Shown: in pieces, positions 10,395 to 19,381 of the stretch
How positions within the stretch are numbered: position 1 is the stretch's first letter
Layout of the letters: every line of letters starts with the position of its first letter
DNA from: an uncultured Trueperaceae bacterium
GTDB taxonomy: Bacteria > Deinococcota > Deinococci > Deinococcales > Trueperaceae
Length of the DNA: 64,000 bases
NCBI GenBank assembly: GCA_963799485.1
Contig: CAWCXJ010000005.1
Location: forward strand, 32,001 to 96,000
Reading direction: 5' to 3'
Notes under the pieces: generated by a model
The model's input: the letters and a program-made list of their open reading frames with translations, nothing else
Told to the model about the DNA's origin: nothing
Database searches by the model: none
Made by a program: the position numbers and the translations under genes

Positions 10395-11408
10395 GTGGCT
10401 AAGCCGACCCCTAAAGTGACGATGGCGGACGTGGCGCGCGCGGCGGGCGTCTCGAAACAGACGGTCTCGCGGGTTCTAAACGGCACCGGCTATACGAGCG
10501 CAGCGACCACCGCCCGCATCGAACGGCTGATCCGTGAACTTGGCTATCGCCGCAGCGGGGTGGCGCGGAGTCTGGCGACGAACTCGAGCCTGACTTTGGG
10601 CCTGGTCGTTCCGGCGCTCGACAACCCTTACTACGCCGAAATCGCGCAGGGTGCGGAGTGGGCGGCGTGGGCAGGCGGCTACAACCTGTTTTTAAGCAAC
10701 GCGTTTCACGACGCGGCGCGGGAAAGGGCGGCGCTCGAGTCGCTGCAAGACCGGGGCGCGGACGGCGTGATTGTAGATACCCCGAGTTTGCCGGACGACC
10801 CGCTTTTTGGGCTCTTGGCGGGGTTCAAGGCGGCGGTCGTTATCGGGCGGACGGTGCCGCCGGAGGTCGCCGGGAGCATCACCGTAGACGACGCGGCGGG
10901 TGTCCGGCTGGCGGTGCGGCGGCTGGCGGCGGCGGGGCGGACAAGGCTGGCATTTCTGGCGGGGCCGGAGCGGTTTGGTAGCAGCCGGGTACGCCGGGAA
11001 GCGTTTATCGAGGCGGAAACGGTGCGCGGGACGTTCTCCGGTACAAGGGTTTTGCAGGCGGACTCGAGCGCCGAAGCTAGTTATGAGCTCATCACCCGGC
11101 TGGCAGACAAGGGCCTCTTGTTCGACGCGCTCGTCTGCTTTAACGACGTGATGGCAGCAGGGGTACTCCGGGCCCTTGTCGACGTTGGGGTACGGGTGCC
11201 GGACGACGTCGCCGTAGTCGGACACGATGATATTCCGATGGCGGCGTGGCTACAGCCGCCTCTAAGCACGCTCCACATCGCCAAACGCGAACTTGGTTTG
11301 AGCGCGGTGAAGACGCTGCTCGAGCGCCTCAACCTCCAAAACCGCGAACCGACCGTACTAAAGCCCGAGCTTAGCTTGCGGGGCAGCACCGGCCCTTTAC
11401 CGGATTAA
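10395..11408 (+). CDS. LacI family transcriptional regulator
   Basis: HTH TMADVARAAGVSKQTVSRVLN; sugar-binding domain NPYYAEI, FNDVMAAG, VPDDVAVVGHDD. Leaderless TACACT-5nt-GTG. Confidence 0.93.
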   Translation: MAKPTPKVTMADVARAAGVSKQTVSRVLNGTGYTSAATTARIERLIRELGYRRSGVARSLATNSSLTLGLVVPALDNPYYAEIAQGAEWAAWAGGYNLFLSNAFHDAARERAALESLQDRGADGVIVDTPSLPDDPLFGLLAGFKAAVVIGRTVPPEVAGSITVDDAAGVRLAVRRLAAAGRTRLAFLAGPERFGSSRVRREAFIEAETVRGTFSGTRVLQADSSAEASYELITRLADKGLLFDALVCFNDVMAAGVLRALVDVGVRVPDDVAVVGHDDIPMAAWLQPPLSTLHIAKRELGLSAVKTLLERLNLQNREPTVLKPELSLRGSTGPLPD

Positions 11409-11442
11409 AGCTGCGCAAACAGCGGCGGTGCTAGAGTAGAGC

Positions 11443-11715
11443 ATGTTTTTTCGTCGAAACCCCAACTTCAAGCAAGAGGGCAGTTTCTTGCTGGCCCGCG
11501 TCCGCACCGACAAACACGGCGAGATAATCCCCGTGCGGCTCTCGAAAACCAGCGAGATGAGTTTGCAGGGCAGCGGCTACTTCGTTCGGAAAACCTTGGT
11601 CGGTTCAAACAGCCTCGACCAGGCGGTTTTAGAGGTTTCACTCAGTCGGGGCCACCGCGTCAAAAATGCGACCGTCGACGGCGGCGAGCTGATTCCCGTA
11701 AAAGAGTGGGAGTAG
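11443..11715 (+). CDS. Small hypothetical protein (90 aa)
   Basis: Clean ORF with TAGAGT -10 five nt before the ATG; no motif recognised. Confidence 0.7.
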   Translation: MFFRRNPNFKQEGSFLLARVRTDKHGEIIPVRLSKTSEMSLQGSGYFVRKTLVGSNSLDQAVLEVSLSRGHRVKNATVDGGELIPVKEWE

Positions 11716-11915
11716 CTTAAAGTAGCCCAGCAATACAGCTCAGCAAACAGGATGTCGTTTGTACCGGTAAGCTGGTCGGTTTGCTGGATTTTGGCCTCGA
11801 GCCTGACCGAGTAGCGTTTTGGGTTGGTGGCACGTCCTTCGCGCCCCCCGTAAAATCTACAATGGTTTTGAAAGAAGTTGACTTTGAACAAACACGCTTT
11901 TGAAAGCCGGTGCAA

Positions 11916-12818
11916 ATGCAGCTGAGCGCAGCGGAAACAGCCGCGCGCCTCCCATACCCGGAACTGGCGGACGCCATCGCCACGGTGCTTCTCAAGCGTC
12001 ACGAAACGACCGCGCCGGAGCGCAGCACGCTGGCGTTGGGGTGTGGCAGTCTGCTGCTGATGCCCGCCGCAAGCCGTGAGCTGACCATCACCAAACTCGT
12101 CACCGTTCACCCGGACAACCCGGGGCGGGGTCATCCAACCGTTCAGGGCGAGGTCGTTGTGATGCGTACCGGCACCGGGGTTCGGTTGGGTATTTTAGAC
12201 GGCGTGGTTACCGAACGGCGCACGGCGGCGCTTTCACTGCTCGCAGCCAAAACGCTCGCGCCGCGTCCTGAAGGCCCGCTACTTATTTTCGGGGCCGGGG
12301 TTCAGGCGCGGGCACATTTAGAGGCGTTTCGCGTCGGTCTGGGTGTCGAACAAGTATTTATCGCCTCAAGGACGCGGGAGAAAGCCGCCGACCTCGTAAC
12401 TTTCGCGCGTTCTCTCGGGATGGACGCACATTTTACCGAAAACCCTACCAAAATTTCAGCCGACGCCTCTCTTATCGTCACCGCCACGACGAGCCGGACG
12501 CCCGTCGTGAGCGGCCCCGTCAGGCGTGACGCGTTCATCTGCGCGGTCGGGTCGTTTCAACCCGAAACCGCCGAGGTTTCAGCCGACCTTATCGGCAAAA
12601 GCCGAGTGGTCGTCGATACCTTGGAGGCTGCCCAAACCGAAGCGGGCGACCTGATTCAGGCTGTGGCGGCAGGTCGTTTGCGCTGGTCTGAGGTCGTGGG
12701 GCTCGAGACTCTCCTGACCAACGCTACCCAAGTAGACCAGCCGACCGTATTCAAGAGCGTCGGTCACGCGCTCTTCGACCTTGCGGCGGCGCATGTAGCA
12801 TTTGGCGTTTCTATCTAG
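11916..12818 (+). CDS. Ornithine cyclodeaminase/mu-crystallin family (probable delta1-pyrroline-2-carboxylate reductase)
   Basis: LLMPA, KLVTVHPDN, TERRTAALS, FGAGVQARAH, TATTS, EAGDL, VFKSVGHALFDLAAA. Confidence 0.85.
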   Translation: MQLSAAETAARLPYPELADAIATVLLKRHETTAPERSTLALGCGSLLLMPAASRELTITKLVTVHPDNPGRGHPTVQGEVVVMRTGTGVRLGILDGVVTERRTAALSLLAAKTLAPRPEGPLLIFGAGVQARAHLEAFRVGLGVEQVFIASRTREKAADLVTFARSLGMDAHFTENPTKISADASLIVTATTSRTPVVSGPVRRDAFICAVGSFQPETAEVSADLIGKSRVVVDTLEAAQTEAGDLIQAVAAGRLRWSEVVGLETLLTNATQVDQPTVFKSVGHALFDLAAAHVAFGVSI

Positions 12819-12905
12819 AACAGCTATACCTAGAACAGCTATACTGAACACCTCGCTTTACGGCTACGCAGCGTAATGTAATAACGAACTCAGGAAGGGG
12901 CACAC

Positions 12906-13763
12906 ATGATTCCGACGCACGTTTTTGGTCGTACCGGACACGAGAGCAGCCGCACGATTTTCGGGGCTGCCGCGCTAAGCCGGGTCAGCCAAGCTGAAGC
13001 CGACCAAACGATGGAACTTTTTCTCGAGTACGGCCTCAACCATATCGACGTTGCGGCCAGTTACGGTGACGCCGAGCTGCGGTTGGCCCCGTGGCTGGGG
13101 CAGCACCGTAAAGATGTCTTTCTCGCGACCAAAACGGGTGAACGGACGTACAAGGCGGCGTATGAGCAAATCAGGCGTTCGCTCGAGCGCCTGAACGTCG
13201 AGCAAATCGACCTGATTCAGCTTCACAACCTCGTCGACCTCAGCGAGTGGGAAACGGCGCTCGGCCCCGGGGGGGCGCTGGCGGCGTGTGTAGCAGCCCG
13301 CGACGAAGGGCTGGTGCGTTTTATCGGCGTGACGGGGCACGGGCTCGAGGTCGCCGCGCGGCACAAGGCGAGCCTGGAGCGCTTCGATTTCGATTCGGTA
13401 CTCCTGCCTTACAGCTACGTTCTAATGCAAAACCCGCAGTACGCCGACGACTTTGAAGCTTTGGTCGCGTTATGCGAAAAACGGAACGTCGCGGTGCAGA
13501 CCATCAAGGCCGTGACCCGCGCACCGTGGGGCGACAGGTCGCAAACACGCGCGACCTGGTACGAACCGCTAGAAGAGCAAGCCGACATCGATACCACCGT
13601 TCACTGGGTTCTCGGAAGAGACGGATTTTTCCTCAACACGGTAGGTGATATTCACCTCTTGCCGAAAGTACTGGACGCTGCGAGCCGTTTCGACACGCGG
13701 CCCAGCGACGCCCGGATGCAGGCGGTGGTAGAAAAGCAGCAGATGTCGCCGCTTTTTACCTGA
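12906..13763 (+). CDS. Aldo/keto reductase-fold protein, directly upstream of larEBC
   Basis: [23 protein letters not shown]...[18 protein letters not shown]. The D/Y/K/H tetrad is present. Confidence 0.88.
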   Translation: MIPTHVFGRTGHESSRTIFGAAALSRVSQAEADQTMELFLEYGLNHIDVAASYGDAELRLAPWLGQHRKDVFLATKTGERTYKAAYEQIRRSLERLNVEQIDLIQLHNLVDLSEWETALGPGGALAACVAARDEGLVRFIGVTGHGLEVAARHKASLERFDFDSVLLPYSYVLMQNPQYADDFEALVALCEKRNVAVQTIKAVTRAPWGDRSQTRATWYEPLEEQADIDTTVHWVLGRDGFFLNTVGDIHLLPKVLDAASRFDTRPSDARMQAVVEKQQMSPLFT

Positions 13764-13820
13764 GCCGCGCTGTTTGTTCACCCTTTGTGATAGATAATCA
13801 GGACTCGAGGATACGACTGA

Positions 13821-14621
13821 GTGAAAGAGACTGCAGATTTAACCCCCTTTCAGGCGTGGTTCGCCGACTGCCCCGGCGCGCTCGTGGCGTTTTCGGGTGG
13901 CGTGGACAGTTCGCTGGTGGCTTTTCTGGCGCGGACGCTGCTCGGCCCGGAACGCGTCGTCGCGGTGATTTCAGCCTCACCCAGCCTGAAGCTGAGCGAC
14001 CTCGACGCTGCCAAAACCTTTTGCCTGAGCCACAACGTCCCGCTCCGGGTGATTCGCACCGCCGAACTCTCTAACCCCGACTACTACACCAACCCGGCGA
14101 ACCGCTGTTACTTTTGCAAACACACGCTCTACCGCGACCTGGACGCCTACGAAGAATTTGCAGGCTGGTGGATTTTGAACGGCACCAACCACGACGACCT
14201 GGGCGATTACCGCCCCGGTATTCAGGCCGGGAGTGAGTTCCAGGTACGCAGTCCGCTTGCCGAATGCGGGTTTGGGAAACCGGCGGTTCGGGCTTTGGCC
14301 GCCGCGCTGGGTCTCGAGTGCTGGGACAAACCCGCCAGCCCCTGCCTCAGCTCGCGCATCCCCTACGGTCAGCGCGTCACCGAACAAAAATTGCGGCAGA
14401 TCGAGGCCGGTGAACAGTTCTTAAACGAGCTGGGATTCCCGGTCGCGCGCGTTCGACATAACGACGGTCGGGCTGTCGTCGAGGTACCGGGGGAGCGGTT
14501 GGCTGACCTTGGGCGCGTCGCTGATACTGTCAGCGCACAGCTGCTGGAACTCGGGTTTCAGGCTGTAGAAATTGACCGGGAAGGTTTCGTGTCCGGTAAA
14601 CTCAACCGCGCGCTGTTGTGA
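13821..14621 (+). CDS. larE: ATP-dependent sulfur insertase LarE (nickel-pincer cofactor biosynthesis)
   Basis: PP-loop AFSGGVDS, NRCYFCK, GTNHDDLGDYRPG, WDKPASPCLSSRIPYG, GFVSGKLN. Confidence 0.93.
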   Translation: MKETADLTPFQAWFADCPGALVAFSGGVDSSLVAFLARTLLGPERVVAVISASPSLKLSDLDAAKTFCLSHNVPLRVIRTAELSNPDYYTNPANRCYFCKHTLYRDLDAYEEFAGWWILNGTNHDDLGDYRPGIQAGSEFQVRSPLAECGFGKPAVRALAAALGLECWDKPASPCLSSRIPYGQRVTEQKLRQIEAGEQFLNELGFPVARVRHNDGRAVVEVPGERLADLGRVADTVSAQLLELGFQAVEIDREGFVSGKLNRALL

Positions 14622-15343
14622 GCGGTGCCGACAGGGACCCAAGCAACGCGCTTGACGAAGGGACGAACACAGACAACTGCGGCACAGATAGCAGCGATGT
14701 CACCCTCGACGTAACCCGCGAAGTACGGCTCGGGTTTCCCGAAGTCGTCTACGGACAGCATAAATCGCCCGCGCAGCTGAAGCGCATTTTAGCGGCGCAG
14801 CTCGAGGGCCAAAAAAACGTCCTCATCACCCGGCTCCAACCTGAAAAAGTGCCGCCGCTGCTCGAGGCCGCGCCCAACGCGCACTATCACGACGACGCGC
14901 GCACGCTAAGCGTGGTCTTTAGTCCGCCCACAGCACGACCGGGAAAAGTCGGTATCGTCTGCGCCGGAACCTCGGATATGCCGGTCGTGCGCGAAGTCGA
15001 AACCACGCTGGCGTTTTTAGGCGTCGCTACGGAAAGTTACAAAGATGTCGGGGTGGCGGGTATCGGGCGGCTGTTTAACGTCTTGCCGCAGCTTAGGGAA
15101 TGTGACGTCATCGTCTGCGCGGCAGGCTTTGAAGGGGCGCTCGCCTCGGTATTGGGCGGATTGTTGCCGCAACCCCTGATCGCCGTGCCGACCAGCGTCG
15201 GGTACGGCGTCGCAGAAGGTGGTCACACGGCTCTCAACGCGATGCTCGCCAGCTGCGCCAACGGCATTACGGTCGTCAATATCGACAACGGTTACGGCGC
15301 GGCCCTCGCCGCGTTCAGAATTTTGCAAAGGATGTTCAGGTGA
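14618..15343 (+). CDS. larB: NaAD carboxylase/hydrolase LarB
   Basis: RLGFPEVVYG, AGTSDMPV, DVGVAG, AGFEGAL, IAVPTSVGYG, MLASCANGITVVNIDNGYGAA. Confidence 0.94.
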   Translation: MSGADRDPSNALDEGTNTDNCGTDSSDVTLDVTREVRLGFPEVVYGQHKSPAQLKRILAAQLEGQKNVLITRLQPEKVPPLLEAAPNAHYHDDARTLSVVFSPPTARPGKVGIVCAGTSDMPVVREVETTLAFLGVATESYKDVGVAGIGRLFNVLPQLRECDVIVCAAGFEGALASVLGGLLPQPLIAVPTSVGYGVAEGGHTALNAMLASCANGITVVNIDNGYGAALAAFRILQRMFR

Positions 15344-16542
15344 CCGACACGCACATGAAAAACAAACAAACCGTGCTCAAAATCGAACCCTTTTCGGGCC
15401 TCAGCGGGGACATGTTTCTGGGTGCCCTGGTCGAGCTTACGGGCGGCGCGGACAAGTTGCGCGCGCTGCCCGAACAGCTCAACTTGCCCGAAGCCGAAAT
15501 CGACGTCGCGCGCGTCTCGAAGTGCAGCATCGATTGTCTCAAGGTCACCGTAAAAGACCGCTCGCCGGAGGCTGAGCGACCGCACCGGCACCTTAAAGAT
15601 ATCCACAACCTTCTCGACGCCTCGAGCTTAACTAACCGGGTGAAAGCGAGAACCAAAGACATCTTTCAGCTTTTAGCGGAGGCCGAAGCCGCCGTTCACG
15701 GGGTCGGCCTCGAGCGGGTGCATTTTCACGAAGTGGGGGCGGTCGATTCGGTGGTCGATATTACCGGCGTGGCGCTGCTGCTCGGCGACCTTACGTTTAC
15801 GCACGTCTACTGCGACCCCATCTGTACGGGTTACGGGTTTGTCAAAACCGACCACGGCAGGCTGCCCGTCCCGGCCCCTGCCACGCAGAGACTCCTTCAC
15901 GGCATGCCGACCTACAAAGGCCGAACCGCCTCGGAGCTGATTACGCCTACCGGCGCGGCTATCTTACGGTTTCTGAAACCCGACTTCAGCGACCCTGTTT
16001 TGTCGTTGCAGCGGAGTGCCTACGGTGCAGGTTCTAAAGACTTCGAGCACCCCAACTGCGTGCGAATCAGTATGGGCGAAACGGGGGAGACCGGGCCAAA
16101 CGACGCGCCTGACGCGACCCACACCCTGATTCAAACGAACATCGACGACATGCCCGCCGAACAGCTCGGCGCGGATTTTCAGAGGCTCCTGCTTGAAAGC
16201 GGCGCACTCGACGTTTACCTGACCCCTACGCTGATGAAAAAGTCTCGTCCAGGGCTGAAACTCGAGGTACTTTGCCGCCAAGCCGACGCCGAGCGCCTCG
16301 CCGAGCTGGTGCTCGAGTACACCACGACGCTGGGGGTACGGTTTCTGCCCTGCCGCCGTAAAGAACTGGCGCGTACCGTAACCCCGGTCACGACGCCGTT
16401 CGGTGAAATCAGTGTCAAAACCGCCACCTTGCCGTCGGGCAAGCTCCGGCACAAACCGGAATACGAGGCGTGTCAGGCTGCCGCACGAAAACACCGGGTC
16501 GCGGCGTCTGAAGTGGTGCTCGAGACCTTGAAGTGCCTGTGA
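15340..16542 (+). CDS. larC: Nickel insertase LarC
   Basis: GLSGDMFLGAL, HRHLxDI, AEAAVHG...VHFHEVGAVDS, HGRLPVPAPAT, ELITPTGAA, TNIDD, MKKSRPG, KPEYE. A single uninterrupted ORF. Confidence 0.94.
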   Translation: MTDTHMKNKQTVLKIEPFSGLSGDMFLGALVELTGGADKLRALPEQLNLPEAEIDVARVSKCSIDCLKVTVKDRSPEAERPHRHLKDIHNLLDASSLTNRVKARTKDIFQLLAEAEAAVHGVGLERVHFHEVGAVDSVVDITGVALLLGDLTFTHVYCDPICTGYGFVKTDHGRLPVPAPATQRLLHGMPTYKGRTASELITPTGAAILRFLKPDFSDPVLSLQRSAYGAGSKDFEHPNCVRISMGETGETGPNDAPDATHTLIQTNIDDMPAEQLGADFQRLLLESGALDVYLTPTLMKKSRPGLKLEVLCRQADAERLAELVLEYTTTLGVRFLPCRRKELARTVTPVTTPFGEISVKTATLPSGKLRHKPEYEACQAAARKHRVAASEVVLETLKCL

Positions 16543-16761
16543 AGTGCCTGTAAAAATGGCTGTCGCCATCAAGTTGTCGCGTGCAGCACCACGGTGAAAA
16601 ACAGGGGTCAAGGCAACGGTAGCGGCGACGCGCGACGCATCGGCGTTTAGGAGCGGACCGTTGATGTGGCACTAGCGGATAGTGAAGACGCGCGCAGGCA
16701 CAGCGTTGCAAAGTGATTTTCTGTAACGGTCGGCGTTTTGGTGGTTGAGCCGGTGTCCGAA

Positions 16762-17769
16762 CTATCTGAGAAAAAACCCCGCCCCTACCGGGTCGTCCGG
16801 GTCGATAACCCACTGATTGAAGCCGGTGATGGCTGCGCTGCCACTCACTTCCGGAATTACGGCGTCAAACGCACCGACTTTGGTGTGTCCGACCACGCGT
16901 CCCGTAAAAATCGTGCCGATGATGCTCTCGTTGACGAGCACCTCATTTTCTTTAAGCTGGCCCCTGGCGTAAAGCTGCGCGACCCGTCCGGCGGTACCGG
17001 TTCCGGTCGGTGAGCGGTCTACTTCGCGGTCGGCGAAGATGCAGACGTTCGCCTGCGTTGAGTCCCGGTTTTGCGGCGGCCCAGCTATGATGGTGCCGTA
17101 AAGCGCTCTGAGTTCGGGGACGAGCGGATGCTGAATTGTGGCCTCGGCGCTCACGGCTTTTTTAACCTCGTCACCCAAAACGGTGAGCAGGCGGTAGTTT
17201 TCGGGGCCGACGGCAAGCCCGACCTGCGCGCCGTCCAGATACGCGTAAAACGCGCCGCCGAAAGCGATATCGACCGTCACCGGACCGAACGAAGGTGTGT
17301 GAACCGTCAAATCTTGCTTATAAAGAAATGAGGGAACGTTGTTAAACCGCACCCGACCGACTTTAAGACCGTCCCACGCGGCAAACGCCTCGATAAACCC
17401 GGCAGGCGAATCGATCCCGATGCGGGTTTCCGGTTCGTTGACCTTAACCAAGCCCTGCGCGACGGCGACTGTGGCAAGCGCGATGACGCCGTGCCCGCAC
17501 ATATCCGAGTAGCCTTCGTTGTGCATAAAGATGACGCCTAGGTCGGCTGCTTGTGTAACCGGCTCGGTAAGGTAAGCGCCGTACATGTCGGCGTGGCCCC
17601 TGGGCTCCCACATCAGCGCCTTACGCACGTCGTCCAGGTTTTCGTTGACCCAGCGGCGTTTTTCCAGAACTGTGTGACCGGGGATTCGCGGAATACCGGC
17701 GGTAACGATGCGGAGCGGTTCGCCTGCGGTGTGAGTATCGACGGTGGTGTAGGTGCGGCTGAAGTTCAT
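16762..17769 (-). CDS. Proline racemase superfamily, Cys/Thr type (probable trans-3-hydroxy-L-proline dehydratase)
   Basis: DTHTAGEPLR, EPRGHADMYG, MCGHG (Cys) and DRSPTGTG (Thr in place of the second Cys). RBS GGAGG. Confidence 0.85.
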   Translation of the reverse strand: MNFSRTYTTVDTHTAGEPLRIVTAGIPRIPGHTVLEKRRWVNENLDDVRKALMWEPRGHADMYGAYLTEPVTQAADLGVIFMHNEGYSDMCGHGVIALATVAVAQGLVKVNEPETRIGIDSPAGFIEAFAAWDGLKVGRVRFNNVPSFLYKQDLTVHTPSFGPVTVDIAFGGAFYAYLDGAQVGLAVGPENYRLLTVLGDEVKKAVSAEATIQHPLVPELRALYGTIIAGPPQNRDSTQANVCIFADREVDRSPTGTGTAGRVAQLYARGQLKENEVLVNESIIGTIFTGRVVGHTKVGAFDAVIPEVSGSAAITGFNQWVIDPDDPVGAGFFLR

Positions 17770-17813
17770 CTCTTGCCTCCGGTTACGCTGGGCCAAATAG
17801 TATATACTGACCT

Positions 17814-17905
17814 TCTCACCAGGGGTGCCGAAAGGCTGAGAGAGCCCGCGTTATGCGGCTCAACCCTAGAACCTGAACCGGGTCATACCGGCGGAGGAAG
17901 TGTGA
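17814..17905 (+). ncRNA. TPP (THI-box) riboswitch
   Basis: AGGGGTGCC...GGCTGAGA...ACCCTAGAACCTGAACCGGGTCATACCGGCGGAGGAA, upstream of thiamine-salvage genes. Confidence 0.93.
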
Positions 17906-17926
17906 CGCGCACTCAGCCTAATTGCG

Positions 17927-17956
17927 CCTCCTGGTGAAGTTACTGGGAGGTTTTTT
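17927..17956 (+). terminator. Riboswitch expression platform: hairpin plus T-tract sequestering the RBS
   Basis: CCTCCTGGT-gaagtt-ACTGGGAGG-TTTTTT immediately before the ATG at 17958. Confidence 0.7.
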
Positions 17957-17957
17957 A

Positions 17958-18638
17958 ATGTCTGTAAACACAGCTTACGGCGAGGGTGTCGGCACAGGGT
18001 TTTTAGCCGGGTTGAGCACTCAAGACCTGCGCCCGAAACAAGAACTGCTCCTCAACCATCCGCTCTGGAAGGGTATTCAAACGCAAACGACGACCCGTGA
18101 ACAGCTCGCCCGGTTTGCCCTGCAAGATATCTTTTTAATCCGTGAGGTGTACCGTTTGGACAGCCTCGCCATCGCCAAGGCGCCCACAGCTGAAGCGGCA
18201 GACGCGCTGATTGCCAAGCTGACGCCCAAGTCGGGTGCAGCCGACACGCTTTTACGGTTTGGTGAGGCGGTCGGCTTGACGCCGGAAGACTTTGACGCCG
18301 TAAAACCCCTTGCGCCCTGTCTCGCCCTTACGGCGCAGTTTTACTACCATCTGGCGCGGAGTTCGTTTGCCGAGACCGTAGCGTGTATCGGCGCGAGTGA
18401 AACGATATTTCTAGAAATCTGCGGGCGCATCGACGCTCCGCTCCGGCAGTACGGCTTTTCGGACGAGGCCGTAGCGTTCTTCAGGTTTCATGAAGCCTTG
18501 GAGCCTGCCGAACGCGCCACCACCGAGATGCTCCGCCCATTTGTGACGACCGACGCGGAGAAAGAGGCCGTCACTAGGGCCGCCGAAGTGTGCTACGACT
18601 TTGAACGGCTGTTTTACGACGCGGTGCTGACCGGGTGA
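17958..18638 (+). CDS. TenA/PqqC heme-oxygenase-fold protein (TenA_E-like, thiamine salvage)
   Basis: LLNHPLW, FALQD, GASETIF, FERLFYD; controlled by the TPP riboswitch. Confidence 0.7.
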   Translation: MSVNTAYGEGVGTGFLAGLSTQDLRPKQELLLNHPLWKGIQTQTTTREQLARFALQDIFLIREVYRLDSLAIAKAPTAEAADALIAKLTPKSGAADTLLRFGEAVGLTPEDFDAVKPLAPCLALTAQFYYHLARSSFAETVACIGASETIFLEICGRIDAPLRQYGFSDEAVAFFRFHEALEPAERATTEMLRPFVTTDAEKEAVTRAAEVCYDFERLFYDAVLTG

Positions 18639-19381
18639 AGTTCAGGAGCGTCCTGGCACCGCTCGTTGCGGGTGCTCTGATTCTGGGCGTGTGGCAGCTC
18701 GGCGTAGCACTGAGCGACGTTCCCGCGAGTTTTTTGCCGTCGCCGTCGGCTGTTTTTGCGACGCTGCTGGGGCAACGCGGCCTGCTGTGGCGTAACAGCC
18801 TGACCACGCTCTCCGAAACGGCGCTGGGGGTCGTTCTTGCCGTGGTTGCGGCGCTTGTCTGGGCGCTGCTGCTCGACCGCTTCGAGCTTTTACGGCGGGC
18901 GTTACTGCCCTTTCTCGTCGCCTCGCAAACCGTGCCGATTATCGTCTTGGCCCCGCTGATGCTCCTCTGGTTCGGGTTTGGACTTTTGCCCAAAGTGCTG
19001 CTCGTCGCGCTCTTCGCCTTTTTTCCTATCGTCCTCTCGACGCTTTCGGGTCTCGCAGAGACGCCGCCTGAACGTGTTGACCTGATGCGTTCGCTTGCGG
19101 CGTCGCCGTGGCAGACCTTTTGCCTCTTGCGTTGGCCCGGCGCGCTGCCGAGTTTTTTCTCGGGTCTGCGGATTACGCTGACCTACAGCGTCACCGGCGC
19201 CATCTTTGCCGAATATGTCGGGGGCTTTTCGGGTCTCGGGATTTTGCTGCAAACTGCCGCCAACTCACGTGCTACCCCTTTGGTCTTCGCTACCATCGTC
19301 GTCATCGCCCTCTTAAGCTCGCTGCTCGTCGCCGGAGTGCGGCTCTTAGAGCGTCTCACCATGCCCTGGAGGTTTCAGTGA
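18635..19381 (+). CDS. ABC transporter permease (ThiX/SsuC-like)
   Basis: FLPSPSAV, SQTVPIIVLAPL, FFPI, ALPSFFSGLR, GAIFAEY...GLG. Confidence 0.9.
   Translation: MKFRSVLAPLVAGALILGVWQLGVALSDVPASFLPSPSAVFATLLGQRGLLWRNSLTTLSETALGVVLAVVAALVWALLLDRFELLRRALLPFLVASQTVPIIVLAPLMLLWFGFGLLPKVLLVALFAFFPIVLSTLSGLAETPPERVDLMRSLAASPWQTFCLLRWPGALPSFFSGLRITLTYSVTGAIFAEYVGGFSGLGILLQTAANSRATPLVFATIVVIALLSSLLVAGVRLLERLTMPWRFQ

Noticed and set aside
16552..16761. GC-rich intergenic gap between larC and the proline-racemase-like gene as an ncRNA
   Set aside because: No recognisable RNA family motifs or clean long stem seen.
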